From positions 24,189,971 through 24,253,970 of the forward strand of contig OZ316892.1 in assembly GCA_973895155.1 (NCBI GenBank): a stretch of 64,000 nt of DNA. Direction: 5' to 3'. The notes under the pieces are model-generated. The model worked only from the letters and a program-made list of their open reading frames with translations, was not told where the DNA came from and searched no databases. Both the position numbers and the translations under genes were made by a program. Each line of letters begins with the position of its first letter. Position 1 is the first letter of the stretch. The stretch comes from Marsupella aquatica. Its lineage: Eukaryota > Plantae > Marchantiophyta. Positions 23,990 through 37,110 of this stretch are shown one piece after another.

Positions 23990-26380
23990 TTAGCTAAATG
24001 ATTGGAGGCCTTTAGAGGAGGGAGGATTAAAACCCCAATTGGGAAGGGCGTGGTCAGCAGTGAAAGGGGGGCGCGATGAGGCAAGTTGGGGGAAGTTTTT
24101 AGGCGCGGCAACGAAAAAGAGGCGGCCTGGAAGAGGAGCCCAGCAGCAAGGTGGCCCGGGAGGCAAGGGAGGAGCCCAGCAGCAAGGCCCGGGAGGAAGG
24201 ACCCCGGCAGCCCATAGGGCGACAACCCTGGCTAGAGGGAGGCCGCATAGGGCTGCGTGTCGGGGCAGCCCTTAACAGGGAGGCAAGCCGGGAGTAAAAG
24301 CTCCCGAGAGAAGGGCGAGTAAAGAGGGGAGGGGGATTAAAGCCCCCGACTCCTGGGAGGCAGGTGTGAGTAACGACGACCAAGTGGGAGGGGGGGAATT
24401 GAATCCCCCAAATCCTAGGGCGAACCCAGGCGAGCCAGGAAGGAGGTGTAGAGGGCCTCGAGCAGAGGAGCCAGGGGAGAGGGGTAATAAAAGCCCCAGG
24501 AGTGGGAGGCTCACCGGACCCGGGGGAGGCCTCCGGGGGCAGGTACAAGCGTACCTGACTCCCGGCCTGGGGGGGCAATGCAAGGCGGCACCTGGCACCC
24601 CGGTCACCCATAAAGAGGGAGCTTCCGCCCTTTGGAGGCCAGGCCCCCTTTTCTTTCCCTCACTTTTCTCATTGTTTCCCTTGAGATGCCAAAAGCTTCC
24701 CTCAAAAGCTCACTTATGAAGAAAAAAAACTCTCCTTCTACATTTCCGAGAGCTTATTCTTTCCTCCTTTTTGTTGGTAGTTGGGAGCTTAAGTGCTTAT
24801 TTTCTCCATAAGCATTTGTGACGGCAGCAATTGGATGCTCTTGAAGAGTCGCTGAGGCCACTCAAAGACGTGATACGAGGGCTGTTCGGGTCAGGGAAAA
24901 TGGGGAGTTGAGAGATTGTTGTCGGGTCTTCGTGAAGATTTTCTCTGGTGGTCTGGCGGGGACATTCGATCGTGTTACGAGGGCTCAGGCCAAGGATTGC
25001 ATTGGGTGAGGGGTGACAGGATGATTTCTCTGAGCTGAATGTGAATGAGATCGTCATTGGAGAAACCAGAGTTCAGTGCGACCCTATCCGTAGATACAAG
25101 TCCGCTTACCGGGACTACATTGCGTCACAGATTGCAGAGGAGAAAGAGAGAAGACTAGTAGCCATGAGTACCATACCGGACACCCGTAACGCATCCGTTG
25201 CAAGGAAAGTTTTTTGGAGGGTGTACCCCCGGACTTCTAACAAAGTGATGGAGGAGTGCAAGGAGATATTTTAGGCCATTGGTCTCACGGATTTCATGAG
25301 GGTGAAGATCAGAATTCCCTCGAGTAGAAGTTGGGACATTCAGGCAGGAATGGAGTTGCGGATGGAGGGGATACACTTTCAATGCACACGACATTTGATC
25401 CCCAACACCAAACTAGCCCAATTGTTGTTCTTGAGAACCAGGATTTCTCATTTCAACCGATGGAACCACCAGGGGTACTCTCATTGGAGAAGCTTGCTGA
25501 GGTGGTGAAAGATCCCACCTCCGTAACCAACATTCCCTCTCATCCTTCAGGAAACCAAGGTACAAGGGATTTGTGGCCAAGATACACCAACAGGTGCTTT
25601 ACCGTGGCCAATCCGGAATGGTAAGTGGGGATCAGTTGGCTATTGCCAATGACATCAAAAACGACCCAAAGCAAGCCTATGGATGGTGGTATTTTGGATT
25701 AAAGAAAGCATTGGCCCTGGATCCCGAGAGTGTAAAACCCGGGGGAGTATTTATTTGATGGGATCCTTCCTCTTGGCTAGAGTTGAGGGATGTTAGATAT
25801 TGCTCTAGTCTTGTGACTCATGAGCTAACCATAGTTAGTCTAACTCGGGTTAGGACTTAGCTAATGTTAGCAGTAGTGCTGTTTTGCATATAGCCAGGGC
25901 TGATGACAGACCGTGGTGAAACTTAGGCTCATTGTTACGGAGCTAGTTGAGAGATAGGGAGAGCTTGTGCTGTGGATGCTTGGTATGGCCGGTCGGCCTA
26001 GAGTGCAGTAAAGCTCTTGTGTGTTCCCGTGGACGTAACCTCATGTGGAAGTGAACCACGTATCTCTCTGTGTCGCCTCTTGTGCATTGGATGGTTCATG
26101 GGCTTGCAGTTGCGAATGTCGTCTATGCTCAACAAGGGACTTATCCTCCCACCGGAAGGAGAGACCGCGCCACCATTCACCATGAAGATTTGTAAGATAA
26201 CCACGACCATCTTGGAAGACTTAACTAAGGAGCCACTGTCTGAGGCTGCAACAAAGCAGATTACGGAGGAGGACCCCGAGGAGAATAGCACGGTGGAATC
26301 GTTGGAATCACTTGTGGGGAACCTGGAGGAGCCAACCAAGATCGAGAGCTAGTGGAGGGGTACTTAACTTGACCAATTGT
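23990..26380 (+). mobile_element. GC-rich degenerate region with broken ORF remnants, probably an internal part of an unclassified transposable element
   Basis: Purine/GC-rich repeats (ggagcccagcagcaagg twice, 24135/24171) followed by stop-interrupted plus-strand ORFs at 25041-25758. No recognisable core TE domain. Confidence 0.25.
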
Positions 26381-26384
26381 CCCC

Positions 26385-29300
26385 ATAAGCTTCATAGCCA
26401 AAAACCTTAAGCTTTGAATAATCAGCAGGTCAATTATGCCATAGCTCAAAGGGGGTTTTGTAAGTGATTGCCCGACTAGGAGAGAGATTTACTAGATAAG
26501 CAATAGTGTTGACAACTTTTGCCCAAAAGATTTATGGCAATTTAGAGTGGCTCAACATGCTTCTTGCTTGCTCCAACAATGTGCGGTTGAGTCGCTCAAC
26601 AACATCATTTTTCTCAGGAGTGTACACAGTTGTGAGATGGTGAGTAATTCTCTTATGTGCACAATATGTATTGAACTCGCCAGAGGTATATTCATCACGT
26701 ACCATTATCTGATCGTAGATATCTGACATTCTTTGTAGTTAGTGTCTCAACTTGAGCTACCCATTGTTTAAAGATGGAAAGCACTTCAAACTTATGGGCA
26801 ATGAAGCAAATCCAAACAGAGTAATCATCGATAAACGATACATAGTATTATTTTCCTAAATGTGAGGAAATTAGAGTAGGACCCATATATTGAAATGAAT
26901 ATACTCAAGTACAGCTTTAGAATGATGAATGACAGTCAAAAATAGAGTTCTTGTTTTCTTGTCGACAACTCAATGATCACAAAAACTCAACTTGCACGCT
27001 TGCAATCCTGGTAGGAGATGTCGCTTGTGTAAGATTTCTAAACTTTTTTCACTCATGTGACCAAACCGAGCATGCCATAAATTGATTTTCTCCTCTTGAC
27101 ACGTGACCAAATTGACTTCAGCAAAAAGGGTGGTGCCTTCCAAGACATAAATGTTTCTTTTTCTCTTACCAATAAGAACTTCATTTGATCCCTGCATGAT
27201 TGTTAACACCCCATCAATTGCACTCCATTGATAACCCTTTGCATCCAAGTAACCAAGAGAAATCAAATTCTTACACATTTATGGAATGTGTCTAACATTT
27301 GATAGCTCAGTATAGTACTTGCCATCGGGTAGTTGAATCTTTATGGATCCAATCCCTAAAACTTGGCAAGAATAGTTATTTCTCATCAAAATAGGAGTGT
27401 AGGATGAGAAAAGTTCACGCATATAACACATATGATACGAGCAAGTGGAATCCAAAATCCATTGACAATCCTCAACTTGGGAAGTGGTACACAATGCAAA
27501 TCCGTCACTATCTTCTTCTCAAACAATTACTTGGGCTGAAGAACCTACAACTTGCTTGAATGTGTCTTTGACGCGACAATCCTTCTTCATGCATGTGGCC
27601 CACTTTGTCACACTTCCAACACTTTATCTCACGAGTAGACTTGGATGGTGATTTTGATTGAGATCTAGATCTAGATCTAAACTTCCTCCTACCAAATGAT
27701 CGGTCCTGGAAGCTTCCTCGCCCCATGGGAAGTGGGTTAAATCTTTTATTTTCATGAAATGGCTTCCTTGTCTTGCCTCTTTCTACCAACAGTGTTGTTG
27801 ATGATGAGGTTGAGGTAAGATGAGCTGAAGAAACCAGCTTAGATTGCATGTCATCGGTCAACAGGGCACTCACCACATCATTGTAGGATATAGTTGTCTT
27901 ATCACATAATAGAAGAACTGGAGACAAAGATTGCTACGAAGGTGGTAGTGAGCTCAAGAGTTGTAAGGCTTTCTTTTCTTCGCTCAAATACTCCCCCAAA
28001 TTCTCTAGGTCAATATGATCTTGAATCTTGACTCCATTAGCTATTTTGAATTGCATGAGTTTCAGGCTTGCATACATTCGGTTTGACATCATTCTCCTTC
28101 TTGTAGTACTTGTTGCGTAATGCTTGAAACAAGTCTGTCACCGTTTGTGTTGATTTTTCCTCAAATTGCTTCTTCACATTGTTTTTCAGGTACATGCCAA
28201 CAATGCTTACCACTTGATCCTGGAGATCATGCCAATCATTATCTTCCATCTCCTTGGGTTGAGATCTTAGTACCTTGCCTAGGCCCATTGCCTTGAGTGC
28301 ATCCTTCACATTACGTTCTCACATGGTATAGTCCATCCGACCATCAAATGTTTCTACCTCAAACCTTTGACCTCCAATCCTAGTGGTCATCATCGCTGGA
28401 ATGCCGAATGTAGTGTGGAGTCATCTTCCAACAAGAAATAAACATCGAATGCTCAAATGTGGGGTGTGAAAATAAAGCCAAAAATGAAAGTTAGTGAATT
28501 TTGAATTTGATCACTCTTGTGTGTAGCCCACAAGGTAACGCTCCAAATTTTGAAAACAATTTGTCAAATGGACTCTCAAGTGTTGAGAATTTTTACTCCG
28601 ACCGGAGGGGGATAAAAAATGAAATAATTACCCCTTGAGGGAATCTATTATGACAAAGATTTCACTAGTATACTTTTTCAAAATTGAATGCACCAATACT
28701 TGCCTAGCTTCCCCAAGTACACCTCTCCAAAAGTCGAAGTTGATTCGATTTGTTTGCCGCTCGTAATCTTTGACCTTCGGTAAAAATTAAAGCCTCTAGA
28801 AAATAATCTTTTTGGGAAATTCCGTTCGCCCCTTGTACAGACCCGATGGGGAAATTCACAAGGGGCACTTCCCCCTGCCCGAGCCCTATCGAGCCCTAAA
28901 AAGCCTCCCTCAAAGTTTTTGACCTCCTTGCGCGTCCGCGAAAGTCGCAACTACCCGCAACAGAACATACCCCTTGGTGGATTCACTCAAATTCTTGTCT
29001 CAATTTTTGACAATATTTAAATCTGATTGTAGATTCATAAACTAGACTTCGAGGATATCAAGATCAATATAAAGAACTTTCAAAACAGTGAAGAATTGAG
29101 GGAGAAACAAATAGGTGAAAATGACTTATATTAACTTATCTGTCATAGCCAAAATTTTGAGCTCAAAAACGAGAATTAAAATTGAGATTGCTTCTCAACT
29201 GTTTGGCGAAATTCAACAATGTTGATGTCAAAACATCCAGAAAGACGAGGTGCTCAAGCTTATCTTAGTTTCAAGTCCCGAAAGAACAATAAAAAGACTT

Positions 29301-29992
29301 AAATGAGAAATTAAACTTATCTCTTGCCAAATAGCTCAAATTAAAAACCGTCACGTACTTGTAATTGTTTCTGTTTATGACCTCAGGCCATCATTGCTTC
29401 ACTGAAATGAGCCCCTGATTGTGTGCTCCACACTTGTGAGAAGATTGAGTCTGATCTCCTTCCAATAGCTCTGCTTCAAAGAGGAAAACATCCGCTGTTT
29501 GCTTCGCTTAAAGCAAGTTCTATGGAGTTCCTAATTAACTAAGAAAAACCTGGCTTTGATACCAATTATGGGGAGAAATCAGATCCGGGATCAGATCAGG
29601 AAAGACATTCAAAACATACATTTGCTCAATAGTTACGTGGTCCACCTCAAGGTTCGCTACGTCCACGGGAAGACAAAGCTTTATTAACGGTAATGTGTCT
29701 ACTCAAGCATCTCTTCAAGCTCTTATTTCTTCAAGCTCTCATCTCTTGCTATATCCTTGTGTTCTCTCTTGAGTGTTCTCACACCACATAGAAGTTGAAG
29801 AGATAAGGACCAATCTCTTCAACTAGGGTTAGAGCAAACCCTAGTTAATATACTGACCATAGTTCAACCCAAGACTGAGTTAACCTATACATGATAGGGT
29901 TGGCAAGGAATGGTGGGCACAACCACTACCTAGCCCGCACACTCAAATCGTGGAATTTTTTCTTTGCCCAATGGCTAGTTCCCCCCACCACA
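26385..29992 (-). mobile_element. Truncated degenerate Ty1/Copia LTR retrotransposon (5' LTR, PBS, gag, protease, integrase; RT/RNaseH and 3' LTR absent)
   Basis: PBS tggtatcaaagc (tRNA-iMet-like) at 29564-29553 next to a putative LTR ~29567-29992. Domains: gag with zinc knuckle CWKCDKVGH; protease WILDSTCSYHM; LWHARFGHMSEK...C..CDH; integrase VYTPEKNDVVERLNRTL...FWA..VNTIAYLVN..KTPFELW..KVFG. Many stops and frameshifts. Confidence 0.9.
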
Positions 29993-30154
29993 GCCTGACT
30001 GTTGATAGACTGAAAAAAACACAACTTAAAAAATCTTGAAATCATCAACAGGTCATCTCGTGGGCAGAGGCCTTATCCCACGGAAGAGCAAATGGATGAA
30101 TATTTGAGACCCCTACTATTGGGGTGTCTCAAATACGTTGATGTAGCTTTGGCC

Positions 30155-30452
30155 GCGCCTGGGACTATTGCGGGTCGGCGCGACGGTCATGATTGGTAGG
30201 GCACTGAATGTGATGCCGAGCATGCCCAAAACCAAAAGAATACTCCTGCATACAACGTGCCGCAATCCCACTCATATTTAAGTACCCAATAAAATTTGGC
30301 CGCACACGGGACTGTTGCGGGTTGACGCAATGGTCATGATTGGTTGAGCACCAAATGTGATGCCGAGTCACGCCCGAAAACATAAGTATTATTCTTGCAT
30401 GCAGCGTGCCCCAATCACACTCATATTCAGTACCCAATAAATTTCTGGCCGC
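30155..30452. repeat. Two-copy ~147-bp tandem duplication upstream of VAP27
   Basis: gggact(a/g)ttgcgggt at 30161 and 30308; agtacccaataaa at ~30281 and ~30429. Confidence 0.8.
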
Positions 30453-31738
30453 CCAATTATACCCTGTGTTGGGGTGCCCCGTGTACCTGGGGTGCCCCTT
30501 GTACCTCAGAGGCTGCCAGTGAGTTGCCATTTTCTTTTCCAAATGACCTCCCTCGCCATCTCTGGTAACAGAATATACCAGCAGAAACTCACAATTTTTT
30601 TTGAACCTTTTCTCACCACGACAAGCCCTATTGTTACAACGACAACGGTGCTGCGCTGTACATCTATTTGGCGTTGCTGGATCGGCGGCACGCGTTGCTG
30701 GCGAGGGGATTGTTATTGTGGGTGCCGCTTTTCCGGTGGGGGTGGGGGTGAGGGTGGGGGTGCGCTGGGGTGCATGAATTTTAGTCTGTGAGCAGGGGTG
30801 AGAGAGGAAGGCTGGAAGGGAGGGAACGGGGAAGGGAACAAAGACGGACGGGCGAGCAGAGCAGAGCAAGAGCAGAGGAGAAGAGAAGAGAAGAGAGGAG
30901 AGGAAAGGAGAGGAGAGGAGGGGTTCGGGAGTCGGGCGATACTTGGGAGGCACTTCTCGTGAAGCAGCTGGAAAGGGGAGGGAGCGTGCGAAGACGACCT
31001 ATTTTATTTGCTGGAGAGCTGTAGACGAAGCATCTGCCGGAGGTGGGACGTCGAGGTACTGAATCGGTGGAACTCGTCGTTGCTTGCTCGTCGGAACTCG
31101 TCGTTGCTTGCTCGTCGGTGACTTCATTATTGTTACTGCTCGTCGATTTAGTCGTTGCTACTCGCTCAAAGAGAGACAGAGAGAGAAAGAGGTATCAGCA
31201 CGAAAATCTGGCTGTCTTCAGGCTCTGAATCGGTACCGTAGCGTGTGAATGTTGTAGGATTGTGGTGCTTTTCTGAGTAATTTGTCTTTCGCGATTGAAG
31301 GTGCTGTGCCGTGTGCACGGGGCGAGCGAGCGATTGCTACACGGAAGTGAGCACTTGAGAGGATTGAGCCCGCCATCTGGGAGTGGAGAATCGGGACACG
31401 CTCGAGCTGGAGCTGCGGGCTGGCTGAACAGGGTTGCTGAGGCAGGCGGACGGTTTGAAGTGGTAGGAGTTGGTGCGGTGTAGCCTAGATTGGAGTAGGC
31501 GCGGGTGCTGTGCGCGTGGTTAGCGATCGCGGATCAAGGTACTGAAGCGTTGCATGGTAAACTTGTTGCTGTTTGCCTCGCGAGACCGGCTAAGTGTAGT
31601 CTGTTTGGATCGGCTCTGAAAGTTAGGGCCGGGTTGTCGATATCTACAGCGGAGGGGCGGGAAGGAAGGAACGAGCGGAAACTCAGGGCAGGAAAGAACA
31701 GAACAGGACAGGACAGGAACCGATAATCGGACGCAGCC

Positions 31739-34700
31739 ATGCCCGGTGAACGTGAACTCCTGAGTATTCAACCTGCCGAACTCAAGTTTCCATGTACGTT
31801 CCCTCATTTTCTAGTCCCAAGTCACATGTTTGTGTTCCGCTTCCTGTGGTGTACTCATTCTATTGGTCTTTCGTGCATAGCATGATATGCATGCATGCAT
31901 CAACCCTCTATTTTCAACCACGAAAAGGTTCAGTTCTCAAATTAGAGTCGCTGGGGGACCGAGTTCGATCTTTAGGGTTGTATTTTGGCCGGGACGCAAG
32001 GCTCGCTTGGGTTGCCAGTTGTGGATTCCGGCTGGATTAGAGGGTGATTTTAGCCGTGACAGATGGTGCAGTGAGGTTGAGGCCGTTAGCTAACGTCTGT
32101 GCTCCATCGAGGGGCTTGTTGGTCATCGCATTTGGCCAGTTGTGGCTTCTGGTTGGGGCTTGTTTTCGGAGCAGGCCTTGTATCCCCTTTTTTCCTACTT
32201 TATTGAGCTCTGATTCTGGACGAGTGTTTGAGCTGCAGAATAATCATCTGACGCTGTAGTAACCTTGAAGCAATTGCTGTGATTCACAAGCCGGTACAGC
32301 TTCAAACGTTACGATTGGCTTGTGGTCATCGCATTTGGCCAGAAGCTTTCGATGGCAGAAACCTTCTCGTGATCTGTGTAGCGTTCAGATTGACTTCTGA
32401 GTTGCTTTTATGTTACACTTTTCGGAACTACCCACTCCTTTTAGCAAAATAGGTATTATGGTAGATCCCGTTGGAGAACTAAGGTTGTTGCCCTAGTTTA
32501 GTGGAAGGATCTGGTTTGGCACAGTGAGGTATCACCGATTTAGTCGTCGAACTCTTGCATTTACAAGATGTGTCCCAGGTGCGTATGAGCAAAGGTGCTC
32601 TTTCCACGTGTTTATGTAAGTATTGTCTTGAATGGGGTGCCCTGGAGAAATCGGGGCAACGTGCCTTGCGGTGAACAGGTATCGCGGAATCGGTCTAGTT
32701 GTAGTGAATCCCGAATTCCCGGGAGAATGTCACGGCACAAGGAAGGGTTTACAATTTATGATTGATTTTTACCCTGCGTTTCACTTTGCTAGAATTTTGA
32801 CTCACATAAGCCCAGTGCTTTTGGCTCTACTTGGCTGTACTACTCCTCCCTTGCGTTGGGCAGTGATCTGTATGTGCGTCTTTGTCTGGCTTGTGTTGGT
32901 TGATGCATTTGATGCGACGGGTGTTTCTGCCCCACAGACGTTTAACGGTGTTCCCTTTCCTTGGAACAGTTGAGCTGAAGAAGCAGATATCATGTTCTTT
33001 GCGTCTTGTCAATGCAACAGACTATTACATTGCTTTCAAGGTGATTGTCTCATCCACCCGTAGTATTACTGTAGGCGTATCTTGGTGTTTTTGTTACTTG
33101 GCACAAGCTATCGTTTTCTGTACTTCAACTTGAACTGATATCTGTTTTCTCTCAAACCCAATTTCAAACGTGGTGCTTTGCAGGTGAAAACCACCTCACC
33201 GAAGAAGTATTGTGTCCGTCCAAATACTGGACTCGTATTGCCCCAGAGCAGCTCCGATGTCACAGGTGATCAGCAGTCAGTTTTATACCCACGTATTTTT
33301 CAGTAAATATTGCTTTTTGTCATGCTAGAGGGGATAGAGCTTGATACTTAGTGTCTCGTATCTTGTTGGGTATTTCAGTTACAATGCAAGCACAGCGGGA
33401 AGCACCCCCTGATATGCAGTGCAAGGACAAGTTTTTGGTGCAAAGTGTGATTGCACCTTTTGGAACCAGCGCCAAAGATGTGTCTCAGGAGCTGGTACGA
33501 AGTAGTTCATAGAGAGCAAATAATTTAAGCCGTTCCTTTCTCAGGTTATTGAAGTATTTACATGCATATATTTGTCGTTGTTGCTTCGACATGTACCCAA
33601 GTTCTGATAGGGCAAGATGATCCAGCCAGAGCCTTCTCTCTATTCGCAAATTTTACTACCATGAATTTCAATTGTTCATTGGGTTTGCCACTCCAATCGT
33701 GTCCATATCAACACATTTTACCTCTCTTACCTACTATGAAGCGCTGCCTACCGTGTGCAGTTCAATAAAGAAACAGGAAAGGATATCCATGAAGCAAAAC
33801 TTAGGGTTTTGTATGTTGCTCCTCCACAACCTCCTTCACCTGTCGCAGAGTCAGCTGAAGAGGGTTTGTCTCCCAAAATGCAATCTGCAGACAATGGAGA
33901 CCGGCATTATTTGGGTCATGATGTGGTAAGTATAACTCGTGTTTTCTCTGAAATTGAGTTGTAAAGTAGCTTTAGTAATTGTGGTAACTTGTGCAAATGC
34001 CTTCCCGATCCCGTTTGGGTCTCAGAGGATGGCCGTGATGTGGGTCTCAAGCTCAATGGGAACTATTTCTTTATTGCAGATGTCGAAGGATGTCAGCGAA
34101 TTGAAGGCAAAGCTGATTGAGGTAAGAGCTATCTTCTTTTGGCCTTTTAGCTTTGGTCTACTCTTATAGTACATCTATGTGTACGAGGGAAAGCTTGTCA
34201 GCCTCCATGCTACTTGTGGAGTTAAGGGCACGAGGATTTCTGCTTCGAATTATTTATAACATATTCTTGGTGTTAAACCTGCAGACAAGGGCAGAGAATG
34301 CTACCATTACGGCAGAGCGCAACTCAGCCGTAGAACTAAGCCAACGTTTGCAGCAAGAATTGGTACTTCCCCGTCTAATATTTTTCAGAAAATTTATTCA
34401 TCCTCTTTAGTATTGTTTTTGTTGTACCTGATTTGTCCTTCGAAGGACACATCTTTTCACACCAAAATGAAGCGTAGAGATATTGCATGGTCCGTGCTCG
34501 GTAAGGGTGTTCGTTACATAGAGCTTTGATTGTACGGGGACTTGATTTCCAATACAACTATCAGGATTTGTGAGTTCGCTGCTCTTCCAATGCTAGGAAA
34601 GAACCTTGCGCTTCTGTCTGATAGATCTCATTTTCTAGAACGATTGCTACATTTGATGATGCCAAGGCAACTCCCCTTGGTTTGGCAACAGAAAATTGAC

Positions 34701-34863
34701 AATGGATGTTTTGCAGGCAAATATGGTCGCGCAAATGGATAAAAGAAATGCCAGCAAGGGCACAACACAAGCTCTCAAGCCTCAGCAACAGGGGTTCTCC
34801 TTTTTGTTCCTCTTTATTGTTGGTATTTTGGGTATCTTAGTTGGCTATTTTATGAGCCCTTAG
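31739..34863 (+). CDS. VAP27: VAMP-associated protein VAP27/PVA (MSP domain, coiled coil, C-terminal TM), 8 exons, ~251 aa
   Basis: Exons 31739-31793, 32970-33040, 33184-33265, 33379-33494, 33761-33925, 34080-34121, 34285-34362 and 34717-34863 join in frame. Signature FKVKTTSPKKYCVRPN, MQAQREAPPDMQCKDKFLVQS, and C-terminal TM FSFLFLFIVGILGILVGYFM. Confidence 0.95.
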
Positions 34864-36923
34864 GATCTGATGTAACCCTTCAGAGTTGCGGCTGGTTCGC
34901 TGTCAGATGAGTTTTCAGGGGGTGGGGGGGTCTATTAAGTGAGGTATTCGTGTTACTTATCTGAGCTATTGAGCCCTATCTTCTCGCTATAGCGGTTCTA
35001 TCATGAAAGTCATTCATTCATTGTCAGTGTCGGACACGTACTGTGCTGCCTTGTTTTTAGTGGATCATTATTGACCAGACAGGTTCGCCAGGATCATTTT
35101 CCATTGCAAAATCAGACGGAATGATGCTGAGGAAACACAGCACATCTGTCCAAAGGCACTTTGGTACACAGTGGGCTTGTTTCAGGGTGAGCCATATTCC
35201 TACAAAGCAGGTGACGTCAATCAATATGTTTTGGTTTGCTCTGATACTTGGGAGGGTAGATCTCAGCTGGATGTAGTGGAGACACAAGGATCAGAGTTCA
35301 ATATGGGCCAGTTTGGAAAGGAGCTTGTTGGCACTTCATTTCTCGGCGTTTCTTATTTTTGCGAAGGCAATGAAAGAGTCACAAGATCTATATGATGTAA
35401 TATAAGACCTGGTGTTTTCGATCTTACCTCCGTATCGTACAGTATCAGTGGATGCTTGGTAATGCATATGCCATGTGGACTGGTCTCTTCATGCCTTGCT
35501 TTCGCTGTCCCCACGATTTTGCTCGTGCTGAATCAGTACTCAAGGAGGGACGATGTGTTGGAAGCCACGGTACAGTCCTCGTGCGGTACTAATTTAATGT
35601 TTCATTATAGTGGAGAATTTATACTGTCCAGTAAATATGCCTAGTTTCAGGATAACTGTCTTCTTTGATGTGAAGTGGATGTCGAGGAACCTAATAATAT
35701 TTTGTAGCCAGGGGTGGCAGTTGAACGTTGTGTCCCATTGTGCTCTCGTCTCCCTGTGGAGCATCATTTCTAGCTAGTCTCGGATGAGTTGCTCCTCCGG
35801 TTCCAGTGTCTGAGCAAGTTTCAGTGTCTGAGCAACGGAGTTATTTATTCTTCCCCATGTATTCATTGATTTCCTGGGCCGTCTAGACTGTTTTGTGACC
35901 TGTTTTAGAGTAAGAACGGGCATTGCTACTTCACTCTAGGGCCAGCAGGAGGAACTTTCAGAGGGTTGGGTTTCTCAGTTGTAGGGTAATAGTGTTTCCC
36001 ACTTTCTGGAGGAAACCTCGTTTGCGTTGTGGTGCTCGAGTCCTGAACACTTTACCGATGTCATCCACAATGCACTTATCTCTGATTCATTACTGCATCT
36101 AACTTCATGTTAAGAGAGGGGGCCTCAAGACTAGACTGAGATCTGTTCACCATCGCTTAATGACTAACAATAGAAACAGCTACCAATTGACGTATCATAG
36201 GAACGGTCATGTTGCATTGTCTCATCAGGACACTACAAGTAATTATAGTCAACGAGTAACTTTCATCATGTTTGTAGTTCTCATTTACGTCTCTCTAAAC
36301 AAGTATAGTTTAGGGAAACCAAATTTATTATAACTCTCCCTAATTTTATATTTTGGTTAGTATTATCTCATATAGGCTCCCATACTGGCTAGCCTCATGA
36401 GACTCCAGTAAAAATGAGGTCGAAATGTGTTGGGTTTCAGTGAGGAAGTGGAATGGAAAACTAAGTGTTTTTCACCCCTCAAGACCTGCGATTGTGCATT
36501 GCAATGGGAAACATGGAGGGGGGTGCAATGGGGAATGGGGTTGTAGTGGGTTGAGACTAGCCAATAATGACTTGCCACATGGCAGTGAAAACCCAGGTAC
36601 AAAACGGGGGGCATGTCAATAATGTGGGGTACTTTGGGGGACAAGATAACAAAAAAATGTTGTTTCTAAATCCTGCCATTTGCCTGGGAGAAAATTGCAA
36701 GCAAGGAAGCAGCACACATGGGCAGGGTTGAGCCTTTCACAAATATGAAATCATGGATGCAAGGGAACCAAAGCAATAAAGGGAACTCAATAAGGCAAAG
36801 GCCTAAGTTCTAAGGGATCTCTTTTGTCAGCATCGTTTGATTATGTTACACTATGCAAATAGGAATTACCCTAAAAGCAAACTAGTGAACCCTAACTAGG
36901 CATCACAATAACATGCCTTCTTA

Positions 36924-37110
36924 CCAAAGAAGGAGAAATATCACATAAATGAGTCTCTACCTCATCTAACTTTACGTATGTGGGGCCTCTTGACATTAAA
37001 ATTGCAAAAAGAAGCGCTCACACCCAAAGAAGGAGAAATATCAAATAAATGAGTCTCTATCTCATCTAACTTTATGTATGTGTGGCCTCTCCACATTAAA
37101 ATTGTCAAAA
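36924..37110. repeat. Two-copy 100-bp tandem duplication
   Basis: ccaaagaaggagaaatatca at 36924 and 37024. Confidence 0.85.

Noticed and set aside
26447-26470. Apparent plus-strand PPT followed by TG (aaaggggg...tgtaag) suggesting a Gypsy LTR start
   Set aside because: It is the antisense of Copia integrase codons (YKTPFELW).
30165-30953. 262-aa minus-strand ORF
   Set aside because: It is composed of the antisense GA-rich VAP27 5' region plus the tandem repeat; low complexity and no domain.
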